Source: Patescibacteria group bacterium
Lineage (GTDB): Bacteria; Patescibacteriota; Gracilibacteria; UBA1369; PNNO01
NCBI GenBank assembly: GCA_042568575.1
Contig: JBHPIO010000002.1
Span: 32,001 to 96,000, forward strand
Direction of reading: 5' to 3'
DNA length: 64,000 nt
Shown here: piece by piece, positions 20,734 to 30,904 of the stretch
Layout of the letters: each line of letters begins with the position of its first letter
How positions within the stretch are numbered: the stretch's first letter is position 1
Program-made: the position numbers and the translations under genes
The notes under the pieces: model-generated
Told to the model about the DNA's origin: nothing
Seen by the model: the letters and a program-made list of their open reading frames with translations, nothing else
Database searches by the model: none

Positions 20734-21622
20734 ACAAATAGAAACTATTGCAGTAGAAACAGTTGCGCACAGAGTGGAGAGAATTCCTGGCTGGCAAATT
20801 GAAGAAGAAAAAGCCTTGCGAGGCGATATTCTTGATAGAGTGCATGCAAGAGTGGAGACGGTTATGGCTGTTGAAAATATGACTCCTGCAGAGAGGGCTG
20901 CTTATGTAATCGAAATGGAGGATAGGTATGAAGAAATGAAAGAGCTTATAAAAATTCTTCTAATTGATCCGCTAACAGGGCTTAATGTGAGGAGGTATTA
21001 TGAAGAAACCCTTCCAAGGGTTATCGAAGAAAATCATCCTGAGATTTCAATGCTTATGGTTGATGTTGATTATTTTAAAAACATTAATGATGCTTATGGG
21101 CATGCAGCAGGGGATTTTGTTTTGAGAGAGCTTGGAAAAATTGTTAATAATTTTTTTAGAAAGCGTGATATTAAAGCACGTTATGGTGGAGAAGAGATCG
21201 CTGTTGTTTTGCCAGGCTGTAATCTGAAAATCGCACATGAAAAAGCAGAAGAATTGCGTCACATTATAGAGCAACATGAATTTGTTTTTCATCCTCATGG
21301 AGGAATGCCATTTACTATAGAACCAATTACTGTGAGTATTGGTGTGGGTGAACTTACTTCTGATGAAGAAGGCGCAACTGACGAGAAAAAAGTGAGATTG
21401 GCAAAAAGAGCAGATGCATTAGTTTACGCAGCAAAAGATCTTGGGCGAAATCGTGTTGCCGCACAAGATGGTTTTGATATGACGGATCTTTACGCAAGAC
21501 AAGAAGAGGCAGCAAGAAAAAAGAAAGAAGGCGAAATTCTACCAACCACCACCACCGCCACCCCCGAAGCCGCCGCCGGAGAATCCACCGGAGAATCCGC
21601 TTCCTCCACTCCAAGCACTTGA
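20711..21622 (+). CDS. diguanylate cyclase (GGDEF/GGEEI domain)
   Basis: DPLTGL, DVDYFKNINDAYGHAAGD, RYGGEEI, TVSIGV and AKDLGRNRV. Confidence 0.9.
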   Translation: MMTKLTPKQIETIAVETVAHRVERIPGWQIEEEKALRGDILDRVHARVETVMAVENMTPAERAAYVIEMEDRYEEMKELIKILLIDPLTGLNVRRYYEETLPRVIEENHPEISMLMVDVDYFKNINDAYGHAAGDFVLRELGKIVNNFFRKRDIKARYGGEEIAVVLPGCNLKIAHEKAEELRHIIEQHEFVFHPHGGMPFTIEPITVSIGVGELTSDEEGATDEKKVRLAKRADALVYAAKDLGRNRVAAQDGFDMTDLYARQEEAARKKKEGEILPTTTTATPEAAAGESTGESASSTPST

Positions 21623-23284
21623 TCCGCCCGAACTTCGTGGTGAAGACGCGAATGCTGTATTGGCATGCGTGTTGAAGTTGTTCAATCTGTTGATGAGGTA
21701 GTATGTGTCGAAGCCGTCCATGTTGCTTCCCTCAAACCAGTCTGGTGGTTTTTTGTAGATGTCTTTGAATGCGGACGCCCATTTTTCTCCAAGTCCAAGC
21801 ACTATTGCGTATGGCAATAATCTTTCGAAGAAAATATTCTTTTCTGATTGGAACTTTATGCGGTCTCTTTCTGCTGTTCTTATGTATTCCTCAAGTCCTT
21901 TAATTTCATAAAATGCCTTTGCCCCTTTTATAGTTTTGCGCGGCATGAAATTCGAGAAAATTACAAATAGAATTCCCGAAGCTATAATCGAAATGGTGAA
22001 AGTAATTCCAAGAAGCATGGCTATAAGTCCCATTGCAAAGAATGGTCCGACTGTGAAGAACAAGCCGATTCCAAGATAAGTCCATCTTACATTGTCGGGA
22101 TTATGTACAAAGAATCCGTCCGAAACCAGATTGTTGTAGATCTTCTTTTTAATATTTGGAAGACGCTTGTAAAACTTATATTTAAGATCAGATATTTTCG
22201 TTTTAGTAGCGCTTGCAAAAACTGCATCAAGGATTTCTATTTCATGACTTTTTATTCCTTGAGCTTCTTTATATGGCTTTAGTATTTCAAGTTCGTAGTC
22301 TGTTTCATCAAAGAATATCAACTTCTTAGCCTTAATTTCGCGAATTTTTATGAAGCCTTTTACAGCGTAATCAATAATTACTGTTGAGATGTCGTGAACA
22401 TCGACTTTCTCATCAATAATTGTCCCGACTTCTGTTGGAGTGAGATCTTTTGGTGCTTTATAACGTGGGATAATAGTGTCAGCTGTTTTTGGGTCGCGTC
22501 CTGTAAACCACCATTTGAAAAACAAAAAGAAGAACACAGCTATAGGAATTAGCAACGTCCAGTTATCAAAAATGAACCACATAACTTTTTGCAGCAATGA
22601 AGCTTCTTTAATGATTTCTTTTGGAAAACCGGCAACAATTGTAAATCCTTCGTTTGGCTGAAAAATGGTGTCAGATTTGTATGTGAATGTATTTTCATCG
22701 CTAACTGTAGCTTGGCATCCTGTCTCGTCTGAGCCGTAGTATCCTGTGAAACATGCAGCTTTCATATCTTCTTTATTGGCATTTTCAGGAAGATGCACTG
22801 TAAGCGTGCTCGACATAACAGGGACCTGCCAGTCTGTAAAAGCATTCCAGTAAAGCTCGTCGTGCTCGTCAAAATAACCCATCGCTCGATCAATTTCGTA
22901 TTCAAGAACGTACGTGGTGACTTCGTTTAGCCAAATATCTGCATCGCCGATTTTAATATTAATAACATCCGAAAATAGTTCTTTATCGACACCGGCAATA
23001 GGATGAGAATCACCATTCTCGTCTGTTACGCCGATTAGTTTAAATCGTAAATTAAAAGGATTCCCATAAGAATCCGTATAGCTTACTGGTATTGTTCTAT
23101 AAATTCCATGGTGCTCTTCGTTGGTAAAGTCGGCAACAACAGTTTCTGTTATGTGAAGTTTACCTGATTCTAAAATCTCGATATCTTGGTCGAAACGATC
23201 GATTTCCCATTCTTGAAATCCATATGCAAAGGCGGTTGGTGCCGCAAGTACAACAAAAAAGAATGAGAGAAGAAGTTTTTTCAT
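21539..23284 (-). CDS. DUF2207 family membrane protein
   Basis: Signal peptide, HGIYRTIP, DELYWN, LLPYAIVLG and a C-terminal GGGFGGGGGGGW; adjacent to lemA. Confidence 0.9.
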   Translation of the reverse strand: MKKLLLSFFFVVLAAPTAFAYGFQEWEIDRFDQDIEILESGKLHITETVVADFTNEEHHGIYRTIPVSYTDSYGNPFNLRFKLIGVTDENGDSHPIAGVDKELFSDVINIKIGDADIWLNEVTTYVLEYEIDRAMGYFDEHDELYWNAFTDWQVPVMSSTLTVHLPENANKEDMKAACFTGYYGSDETGCQATVSDENTFTYKSDTIFQPNEGFTIVAGFPKEIIKEASLLQKVMWFIFDNWTLLIPIAVFFFLFFKWWFTGRDPKTADTIIPRYKAPKDLTPTEVGTIIDEKVDVHDISTVIIDYAVKGFIKIREIKAKKLIFFDETDYELEILKPYKEAQGIKSHEIEILDAVFASATKTKISDLKYKFYKRLPNIKKKIYNNLVSDGFFVHNPDNVRWTYLGIGLFFTVGPFFAMGLIAMLLGITFTISIIASGILFVIFSNFMPRKTIKGAKAFYEIKGLEEYIRTAERDRIKFQSEKNIFFERLLPYAIVLGLGEKWASAFKDIYKKPPDWFEGSNMDGFDTYYLINRLNNFNTHANTAFASSPRSSGGSSAWSGGSGFSGGFSGGGFGGGGGGGW

Positions 23285-23294
23285 GGGAATGTTT

Positions 23295-24002
23295 TTATGA
23301 TTTTGGTTCTTCCTTGTCCTCAGCAGGTTCTTCAGGAACTTCTGGCGCAGGAGGAGCTTCTTCAGCTTTTGGTTCTTCCGCAGGTTTTTCAGGAGCTGGT
23401 TCAGGTGCTTCTGGCGCAGGAGCAGCAGCTTCAGGCTTTTTTTCTTCTTCAGAAAAACTAACTTTTACGTTCTTTCGTTCGTCGTCTTCAATTTCAAAGA
23501 ATTGACGATCTTTAAATCCGAGCATTCCCGCGATAATGTTGTTTGGAAAAACTTGTAGCTTCGTATTAAAGTCACGAACAGTACCATTGTAGTACCTTCT
23601 AGACATTTGAATGTGTTCTTCAATTTCTCTTAAAGTTGCTTGTAAATCCATAAAGTTTTGATTTGCCTTTAACTCAGGATAGTTTTCCGCAACAGCGAAT
23701 AACGACTTTAAAGTCGAGGTTAACATGTTTTCAGCTTTTGCCTTTTCTTCAGGTGTATTTGCCTGCATTGCCATGCTTCTTGCTTGAGTAACTTTTTCGA
23801 ATGTTCCCGATTCATGCTTCGCATATCCCTTTACAGTTTCAACCATATTTGGGATGAGGTCGTATCTTCGTTTCAGTTGAGTGTCGATGTCTGACCATCC
23901 TTCATCAACTTTATTTTTAAGGACGATGAGTGAGTTGTAGACTGTTATAGCAAAAAGAGCGACAACCGCCACAATGGCTAAGATCACGTATAAAGCAGTC
24001 AT
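23295..24002 (-). CDS. lemA: LemA family protein with an acidic Pro-rich tail
   Basis: WSDIDTQLKRRYDLIPN, AENYPELKA and RRYYN. Confidence 0.95.
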   Translation of the reverse strand: MTALYVILAIVAVVALFAITVYNSLIVLKNKVDEGWSDIDTQLKRRYDLIPNMVETVKGYAKHESGTFEKVTQARSMAMQANTPEEKAKAENMLTSTLKSLFAVAENYPELKANQNFMDLQATLREIEEHIQMSRRYYNGTVRDFNTKLQVFPNNIIAGMLGFKDRQFFEIEDDERKNVKVSFSEEEKKPEAAAPAPEAPEPAPEKPAEEPKAEEAPPAPEVPEEPAEDKEEPKS

Positions 24003-24078
24003 AAAATTAGGTTAAGATTAACTGGGCTTATTGTACGCAAAATGAACTTTTTTTGCCAGGGAAAAAGGCTTACCTGCT

Positions 24079-26475
24079 TTAACGGTTGGTTTTAAGGCGG
24101 GCTTCTAATTTTCTTAGAAGCTCAACCGGCCTGAAAGGTTTTTGAATATATGCCTCGTTATCTTTTTTAACGATTTCGTTTACACTTGAATGTCCTCGGG
24201 GATAGCCTGACATGTAAATAACATCTGGATCAGTTTTAGTTTTTTCCTTAATTTCTTTTATCATTTCCGGACCACTCATCTTGGGCATAACGATATCTGT
24301 TAGGATGCAGTCGATTTTTTCATTTTTCGCTTTTGTAATTGCGTCATCAACATTTGCAGCATCAATTACTGTATACCCTGCCATCTCAAGCGTTTTGCAT
24401 AGCAGTTCTTTAACAATATCTTCGTCTTCAACAACCATAATTGTTGCATCATTACGTTGATTTTCTATAGATGTTTGATATTTTACTTCTTGAATTTCTT
24501 CTTCTTCGTTAGCCAATGGGAAATAGATTTTAAACGTTGCTCCTTTGCCTACCTTGCTTTCAACGTGAATATCACCACCACTTTGTTTAACTATTCCGTA
24601 TGACGTAGCAAGTCCAAGTCCTGTTCCTTTGTCTGGAGCTTTGGTAGTGAAAAATGGCTCAAAAATTCTATTCATTGTTTTATCGTCCATTCCTTCTCCT
24701 GTATCTGAAATTTCCAGCATTACATAACTTCCTTCTTCAAGACCATTAGTTTTTGGCATGTAAAACTTCTTTTCAAATTCAACATTACTTGTTTTTATTG
24801 TGATAGTTCCTCCGTTTGGCATTGCATCACGGGCATTCCCAGCAAGATTCATAATTACCTGTTGAAGCTGTCCCGGATCCACTTTGATGTTTTTCTGTTC
24901 TGCTTTAGGAATAAATTTTATTTCAATTGTTTCTTCAACCATTCTTTCGAGTATGTTGAAATATTCATTTATGAATTTGTTGATATCCAGAACCTTTGGT
25001 TGGAGAACTTGTTTTCGACTAAATGCCAGAAGCTGCTTGATAAGATGGGCTGCTTTTTCCGATGAATTAAAAATGGTTTCTAGATCATGATATAAAGGGC
25101 TTTTCGGATCAAGCTTCATTTTTGCAAGCTGACTACTCCCCATTATTATTGTGAGAATATTGTTGAAATCATGCGCGATTCCTCCTGCCAAAGTTCCAAT
25201 AGCTTCCATTTTTGCGGCTTGATTTAATTGTTCTTCAAGGATTTTCTTTTCTTCCTCGGCAACTTTTTGTTTCGTGATATCAATTGCCATTTCATAACGC
25301 ACTTTTTTCCCATTTGGCCATGCAATGGCTCTGTCTAAACATTTATACCATTTCTTGTTTTTCTTGTTTTGAGATTCCCAAATATATGTTTTTCCCAAAT
25401 TTTTTCCAAAAATTTTATTATTTGTACAAAAAGTACAGGGCGTATTTTTACCATGAAAAGCTTCATAACATTTTTGTCCCACAACAGCTCCAAAAGCATC
25501 TTCTGTTGCCTTGTTAACATAAAGCAATTCGTGAGTATCCGGATCGGCAACATAAATTGTCTCATCAATACTGTTGTACATGGTTCTAAATTGGATACGT
25601 TCTTTTACCAGGGAAATTGTTGTTCCTATGGTTGAAGCAATGATTTCCAATAAATGTATATCTTCATCCCTCCAGGTGCGTTCGTTTACGCAATCATCAA
25701 AGCCAATAAACCCCCAGATTTTATCTCCTACTTTAATAGGGAGGAGTGCAATGGAGCGGATGTCCTGAGCTTCCAGTATTTCTCTATCTTCTTTTGCCAT
25801 TTTTCGAACAACTCCCGAGAAAATTTTATTATTTAAAATACTGTTTCGTACATTTTTTGAGAGAGCATTGAGTGATAGATTTTGTAATACAGGATTATCT
25901 ATTTCCGGTTTTATCCCTTCAGCAACAGATTCTCTAAATTGACTCATGAAATATTTTTTTTTATTGTCTTCATAGATTTTAAAAATATAAGCTCTGCTTA
26001 CATTTGCCACTTTTACCAATTTATCAAGAATTTCTTGAAACGCTTCAGATGGACGTTCCGCTTTTACAAGGCTGTTGATACAACTATTTGCAGTCTTCTC
26101 ATATCTCAGTCTTTCCTGAAGAGCATCTTCTGAATTTTTCCGTTTGGTTACATTTTGGAATTGAGCTACGTATCCGCACAATTCTTTTGAATCATTTTCA
26201 TAAATCGGAGTGATTGTCATATCAAGAAAAATTTCCCCTTTTTTAATAGATGATGCAGTTGAATATTTTTTACGTTTTCCAAATTCAAAAGGTATCAGCG
26301 ATTTTATGGATTTTCCTTTTTTAAGGTCTGTTTTTTGTTTTTTGTTAAGTAAATATGGATCTTCGAATACATCAAATCCTTTAATAGAAGAGTCATTTTG
26401 GAGTCCAAATATTTCAGTACACACTTTGTTTGCTTCAAAGAGTTTGCCTTCTTTATCAAAAATCACAATCCCCAA
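24079..26475 (-). CDS. hybrid sensor histidine kinase (PAS-GAF-PAS-HisKA-HATPase-REC)
   Basis: LAGGIAHDFNN, NARDAM, DTGEGM, EPFFTTK, GTGLGL and REC motif TDIVMP. The frame extends upstream (CQKIFADSPL) without an ATG, so the start is uncertain. Confidence 0.92.
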   Translation of the reverse strand: MGIVIFDKEGKLFEANKVCTEIFGLQNDSSIKGFDVFEDPYLLNKKQKTDLKKGKSIKSLIPFEFGKRKKYSTASSIKKGEIFLDMTITPIYENDSKELCGYVAQFQNVTKRKNSEDALQERLRYEKTANSCINSLVKAERPSEAFQEILDKLVKVANVSRAYIFKIYEDNKKKYFMSQFRESVAEGIKPEIDNPVLQNLSLNALSKNVRNSILNNKIFSGVVRKMAKEDREILEAQDIRSIALLPIKVGDKIWGFIGFDDCVNERTWRDEDIHLLEIIASTIGTTISLVKERIQFRTMYNSIDETIYVADPDTHELLYVNKATEDAFGAVVGQKCYEAFHGKNTPCTFCTNNKIFGKNLGKTYIWESQNKKNKKWYKCLDRAIAWPNGKKVRYEMAIDITKQKVAEEEKKILEEQLNQAAKMEAIGTLAGGIAHDFNNILTIIMGSSQLAKMKLDPKSPLYHDLETIFNSSEKAAHLIKQLLAFSRKQVLQPKVLDINKFINEYFNILERMVEETIEIKFIPKAEQKNIKVDPGQLQQVIMNLAGNARDAMPNGGTITIKTSNVEFEKKFYMPKTNGLEEGSYVMLEISDTGEGMDDKTMNRIFEPFFTTKAPDKGTGLGLATSYGIVKQSGGDIHVESKVGKGATFKIYFPLANEEEEIQEVKYQTSIENQRNDATIMVVEDEDIVKELLCKTLEMAGYTVIDAANVDDAITKAKNEKIDCILTDIVMPKMSGPEMIKEIKEKTKTDPDVIYMSGYPRGHSSVNEIVKKDNEAYIQKPFRPVELLRKLEARLKTNR

Positions 26476-26630
26476 AGGAGAGTCTGCAAAGATTTTTTGG
26501 CATAACGGTTTCCGCTTTTTATGATCCGCTCCATTAATAGTTTGGGAGATTAAGGGCAGCCGAAGTATATATGAAAAAAACTATGAAAAGAATGGAACTA
26601 AGTCATAAATTCATAACTGTGCACCATCTT

Positions 26631-27317
26631 TTACCATATCCCTGGAATGAGTCTATACCTCACCTTTTTTGTATACTCTTTGTATCCTTCAAGTTCTTTT
26701 TGCAAAGTTTTGTCCTCAAGGGCAGTGCGAATGATAAGTGCGATGACCCATAAAACGGCAGGAATAAGTGACCATAGTGATCCAAGGATAATCGCTGAGC
26801 TTGGAGCGATAAGAAAAGCTCCAATGTATCCTGGATGTCTCACAAATTGATATGGCCCGTTTTGAATTACTTTTTGCCCACGATCCTTTTGAATTCTTAC
26901 TACACTGGAGAAAAAATTGTTAGTCCACATTGCCCATAAAATAATTACATACCCTACAGCATGAGTGATGTAGCCCATAATATAAATGGAAGTTGGAATC
27001 TCGGGTGAAAGCATGAATCTTCCACCGTCTAGAGGTCCTAGAATTAGAATTCCAAAATAAAATAGTATGTTAAAAGCAAAAAAAACTTTATCCCATGATT
27101 TCATTCCTGGCCCCGGCTTCATTCGTTCTTTAAGAAGATCTCTTTTGTCTCTAAATAAAATGAGAATAACAAATGCTGCTGTCATGCCGATTCCAAAAAA
27201 TACCCACCCTTGCCAGTAATCAAAGCGTCCAGCAAGCAGGAAAATAAGGACGAAAAAGGACGTCATTTTAAGAATTCCGCTCACAGCAAACTTAAGCATA
27301 TCTGATTTTTTACTCAT
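26631..27317 (-). CDS. isoprenylcysteine carboxyl methyltransferase (ICMT/PEMT) family membrane protein
   Basis: GPYQFVRHPGY, RTALEDKTL and YRLIPGIW. Confidence 0.88.
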   Translation of the reverse strand: MSKKSDMLKFAVSGILKMTSFFVLIFLLAGRFDYWQGWVFFGIGMTAAFVILILFRDKRDLLKERMKPGPGMKSWDKVFFAFNILFYFGILILGPLDGGRFMLSPEIPTSIYIMGYITHAVGYVIILWAMWTNNFFSSVVRIQKDRGQKVIQNGPYQFVRHPGYIGAFLIAPSSAIILGSLWSLIPAVLWVIALIIRTALEDKTLQKELEGYKEYTKKVRYRLIPGIW

Positions 27318-27700
27318 ATTTTAAATTGTTTAAATGTTTTAATAATATCAGGATATCCATACCACGGAATTCCTTCCCACAAAGAGAAGCTTACCGAATA
27401 GTCTGACACATTGATTTGCATCACAGGTGAGCCAAAAGTTTCTCCATCTTCATCTACTTTTACAATAAAAACGTTAGTTACGTCAGAATTTTCCGGATCT
27501 GCGTTTTCGTTTACGTCGTGGCCTGATGGATAATTAAAGGAGAATCCGTTTTCGCTGGTGTATGTCTGCCATTTTGGCGCTTCGGTGTCGACTTTTTTAT
27601 CCGAATCTTGTAACAAGAAAGATGTTCCAGCTCCCGTAATGGCAGCTGTAGTAATCACTAGGAGAGGAACTGCCCAAAAATGTACATATTTATGTTTCAT
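27314..27700 (-). CDS. exported hypothetical protein (PsbP-like start)
   Basis: N-terminal TM segment; WQTYTSENGFSFNYP. Confidence 0.6.
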   Translation of the reverse strand: MKHKYVHFWAVPLLVITTAAITGAGTSFLLQDSDKKVDTEAPKWQTYTSENGFSFNYPSGHDVNENADPENSDVTNVFIVKVDEDGETFGSPVMQINVSDYSVSFSLWEGIPWYGYPDIIKTFKQFKI

Positions 27701-27705
27701 AATTT

Positions 27706-27942
27706 CTAAAATTTATAGAGATAAATCGCTAAAGCAGAGTGATAAATCACCGAAATAAAGAAAATCCACCAGAGATAACAGTGAATTGCGTAGAACTTTT
27801 TGAACCATTTGGATTTGAAGAGCCAGTTAAAGATTTTCGGTCCAGAGATACATCTGCAGCTAAAAAAGATTAAAACAACAAGCACAATATTAGTAATGCC
27901 GAGATAGTAGATCATCTTCGAAGAGAAGAGAAAGTCGAGCAT
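27706..27942 (-). CDS. small membrane protein
   Basis: 78 aa, hydrophobic, with His residues in the helices. Confidence 0.6.
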   Translation of the reverse strand: MLDFLFSSKMIYYLGITNIVLVVLIFFSCRCISGPKIFNWLFKSKWFKKFYAIHCYLWWIFFISVIYHSALAIYLYKF

Positions 27943-27943
27943 G

Positions 27944-28108
27944 TTAGTTTTTTGCTAAAAGAGAGATTAGGACTGCAAGTGCGAAACCTGTTCCAAGTGC
28001 GATAAGAACACCTGCAACTAAATTTGAAGTAATCATTCCTACTCCAGCTCCAATTAGGACTGCAGCAATTAATAGCATTACGATAGACCATTCTTTTTTG
28101 TGACTCAT
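27944..28108 (-). CDS. small 2-TM protein (54 aa, below the ORF-track cutoff)
   Basis: Translated by eye: MSHKKEWSIVMLLIAAVLIGAGVGMITSNLVAGVLIALGTGFALAVLISLLAKN; abuts the next gene. Confidence 0.6.
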   Translation of the reverse strand: MSHKKEWSIVMLLIAAVLIGAGVGMITSNLVAGVLIALGTGFALAVLISLLAKN

Positions 28109-28270
28109 GTTGGAAGAATTATTGAATACACTGTTAGTATTATAAGGCTAACCGTGAACTAATTCCAACAATTTAACGATTCTGCCTTTATCCATCTCTT
28201 TCAAAGAGCCGATTTGAGGAGATTTTTGTTTCTCAATATATTCGTCGACTTTTTTATCCATTTGAAAGGG

Positions 28271-28657
28271 TTATTTTCGATTCGAAGACATAATAAATAG
28301 CACTCCGGGAACAGCAATTATTACCAACAAAATATAAGGAACTACAAACCTGGTGTCTTCTGTGATTGGCCAATGAATGAGAAGTATGGGTAGAGTTGCT
28401 AAACAGAACAGGAGGTTGATGCTCCCACCGATTTTCTCTTTGCGCCACGCGATTACCAGCCCGACAACCGCAATAAGCATGAATAATGGCGGCAGATTTT
28501 CAATAAAAGGATAGTCTTCAACCGCATATGGATCTGCTTTCCCCGTTGTTATCCAACTTACTAAATGTCCAACGAGTATTAATAAACCGTATAGAATAAC
28601 AGGGCCACTCCAAATTCGTGCAATCTTGCGTGTTAGTTTTTTAGACTTGTTTTGCAT
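28271..28657 (-). CDS. 4-TM hypothetical membrane protein
   Basis: Start MQNKSKK avoids overlap with the upstream gene; GLVIAWRKEKIGG. Confidence 0.65.
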   Translation of the reverse strand: MQNKSKKLTRKIARIWSGPVILYGLLILVGHLVSWITTGKADPYAVEDYPFIENLPPLFMLIAVVGLVIAWRKEKIGGSINLLFCLATLPILLIHWPITEDTRFVVPYILLVIIAVPGVLFIMSSNRK

Positions 28658-28661
28658 ACCT

Positions 28662-29171
28662 CTATTTTTGAAATATAGATGTAAATCTTGCTTCACTCAT
28701 AACTTTAACTACTTCTTCAGGAGTGAAAACTTTACCGTTAATGCAAACGTAAACGCCAGGGGATAAATCTTCAGATTTTGCTACAGCATAACCAAGACTA
28801 AAAGGCCCATCAGATGGCGAAAATCCATTTATTGGAATTGCTGATGCGGTCAAAATAACAGTCTGGTCGTCTCTTTCCAGGTTTGCTTTGAGGTAGCGAG
28901 CGGTATCCGGCATCGTGTAAGTTCCGTGAGTAATAATTATTTTTGTGTGCTTGCTATCTTCGACAGCTTTTAAAATATCTTTTAGATCATCTGGTAAAAT
29001 GTCACGACTATCTTTCATGCAAACTTCAGTAAACTCACTTTTGCAGTGAAGCTTTAAACTTTCGACAAATCTTGGAATAATCGATTTTTCATTTGGTACT
29101 GCAGTGTCCTTACTCGTATCATAATATGAGTCAATTGTTCCACCAGTAATAATAAAATGAATTGTTTCCAT
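28662..29171 (-). CDS. asparaginase N-terminal domain protein
   Basis: TGGTID and IITHGTYTM motifs. Confidence 0.88.
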   Translation of the reverse strand: METIHFIITGGTIDSYYDTSKDTAVPNEKSIIPRFVESLKLHCKSEFTEVCMKDSRDILPDDLKDILKAVEDSKHTKIIITHGTYTMPDTARYLKANLERDDQTVILTASAIPINGFSPSDGPFSLGYAVAKSEDLSPGVYVCINGKVFTPEEVVKVMSEARFTSIFQK

Positions 29172-29219
29172 TAATGAGTTTGTTAAAGCGAGTCAATAAT
29201 ACCATATTGATATGAATTT

Positions 29220-29417
29220 TTAGACAGGGTTTTCTGGGGATTCTCCATCCAACACTTCTGTAATTCGAGCACGGGGACTTCTATCTTGAAGTGATGTGCC
29301 TAAATATACTCTTCTTATCCAATCTCTATCTATCCAGTTTCCTAATGGTTTGGTTCTCGCCCCTTCTGCGTGTTGAGTTTGCTCACCTACTCTTTCCGTT
29401 TGTCCCTCAGTTGTCAT
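29220..29417 (-). CDS. small hypothetical protein
   Basis: MTTEGQTERV... (65 aa); divergent from 29492. Confidence 0.45.
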   Translation of the reverse strand: MTTEGQTERVGEQTQHAEGARTKPLGNWIDRDWIRRVYLGTSLQDRSPRARITEVLDGESPENPV

Positions 29418-29491
29418 AATGTATGATTGTAATTGAATGCCTCCATACAATAATAACATATAAACTTTTTTTGTTAAGTAATAAAGATTTT

Positions 29492-30091
29492 ATGAAAGCT
29501 ATATTAGTAATTTTGATTGCCACATTGATGGTTGTTTCGGGCTGCTCTTTTAATAATTCGTCTGAGCAAACTAGGCAAATAGTTGAAGTTGATTCGTATG
29601 CTTCTTGCCTTAAGGTAGAGCTTCGTGACATTGAAGAAAATCCAATTCTCGTTCCAGATGAAATAACAGAATCATTTGATTGCGTTACTGGTGCGGCTTC
29701 CTTGTCGCCGAATAGTGAATACCTGATTTATGATTATGAGGAGGATTTGAAGCTGTATGATTTTGATTCGGAAAATATAGAAATTTTAACTTCATTTAAG
29801 GATTCGTTAGAGGGAATTAGTTGTATTTGGAATGATGTGGGTACGGAAGTTGCTTGTGTGGCCGTGAATCAAGAAGAATATGATGGTGCGACGAAAATTT
29901 TTATATTTGAAATTGAGGAGGGTGAACTTGTTGAAAAGCAAGGGTTTGCGCAAACTCACGAAACGATGGTTGATTTTATATGTGGAGCTTCATGTTATCC
30001 CGGAGATTTTTGGTTTGAGGGTGGAAATATTTTGAAATACAGAGGTCACAATATGATTGCGCCGGACGAGGTGTTTGAAATTGAGTATTAA
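29492..30091 (+). CDS. acidic lipoprotein (beta-propeller-like fragment)
   Basis: MKAILVILIATLMVVSGC lipobox; LSPNSEYLIY. Confidence 0.7.
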   Translation: MKAILVILIATLMVVSGCSFNNSSEQTRQIVEVDSYASCLKVELRDIEENPILVPDEITESFDCVTGAASLSPNSEYLIYDYEEDLKLYDFDSENIEILTSFKDSLEGISCIWNDVGTEVACVAVNQEEYDGATKIFIFEIEEGELVEKQGFAQTHETMVDFICGASCYPGDFWFEGGNILKYRGHNMIAPDEVFEIEY

Positions 30092-30145
30092 AATGTGAGG
30101 CGTCTAAAGGATAGAGGTGGCAGGCATGAAAGAGACAAGGGGAGG

Positions 30146-30568
30146 CTATCTTTTTTCACCACACTTTAAACATGAATTTCTATGGACACAAAGTAATTCC
30201 CCGCATTTGAGACATTTCCATCTTTCTTGTTCGGCTTTAACAAATTTTCTGATTCCCGATTTTTTAATGTTCTCCAAATTTTCAAGCATACTCATTCCAT
30301 ATTTAGTTCGGTATCTCTTATCAAGATTTTTAAGCCTTGTGCACGGATATTTGTCGCATTTATCTGAGCAAAACTTCATTTTCTTTTCCTTCAGAACTTT
30401 GCAATGTTTTATAATGCATTTTCTACAATACTCTGGTTTTTTCTCACTCATAGCTCTGCATCCGGGACATTTATTTTTATCTCTAAGATAACCGATGCAT
30501 GTCCCACAATTCATTCCGCAAGGAGCAATCAGTTTAGGAGTAATTGTAGATTTTGTGTTCATATTCAT
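30146..30568 (-). CDS. DUF3795 family Cys-rich protein
   Basis: APCGMNCGTC, CPGCR, CIIKHC, FCSDKCDKYPC and a C-terminal CxxC...CxxC. Confidence 0.85.
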   Translation of the reverse strand: MNMNTKSTITPKLIAPCGMNCGTCIGYLRDKNKCPGCRAMSEKKPEYCRKCIIKHCKVLKEKKMKFCSDKCDKYPCTRLKNLDKRYRTKYGMSMLENLENIKKSGIRKFVKAEQERWKCLKCGELLCVHRNSCLKCGEKR

Positions 30569-30788
30569 TGATAAGACTCATCAAAGTAGTATATATGCGC
30601 AGTTCAAAGAGTGTTAAATGGAGGGACTGGAAGAGCCTAACACCTTTAAGAACATTGAGCCCTGCTTTTTTAATTGTATCAATAATAGTTTCTCTTCGTA
30701 GGCCTACTGCTTCAACTATAACCGCTTTCCTTTTAGTATTTTCTAACAAAACCTCAATTGCTTTTGTTTCAATAGTGCACTCACTCAT
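30534..30788 (-). CDS. hypothetical protein, possibly a fragment
   Basis: 84-aa ORF preceded by an overlapping 30-aa ORF (30879-30787). Confidence 0.4.
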   Translation of the reverse strand: MSECTIETKAIEVLLENTKRKAVIVEAVGLRRETIIDTIKKAGLNVLKGVRLFQSLHLTLFELRIYTTLMSLINEYEHKIYNYS

Positions 30789-30904
30789 ATATTCTCATTA
30801 AACTTGCAAAACTTGCAGTTAATTTAGTTATTTCAGGTGCTGGACTTTCAGAATCAACAATAACAGTTTCAATTGGCATGATTTAAATTTTATTGATATG
30901 TAAC

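Noticed and set aside
21539-21622. 84-bp convergent overlap of the GGDEF and DUF2207 genes
   Set aside because: The GGDEF tail is low-complexity readthrough antisense to the Gly-rich DUF2207 end and is probably incidental.
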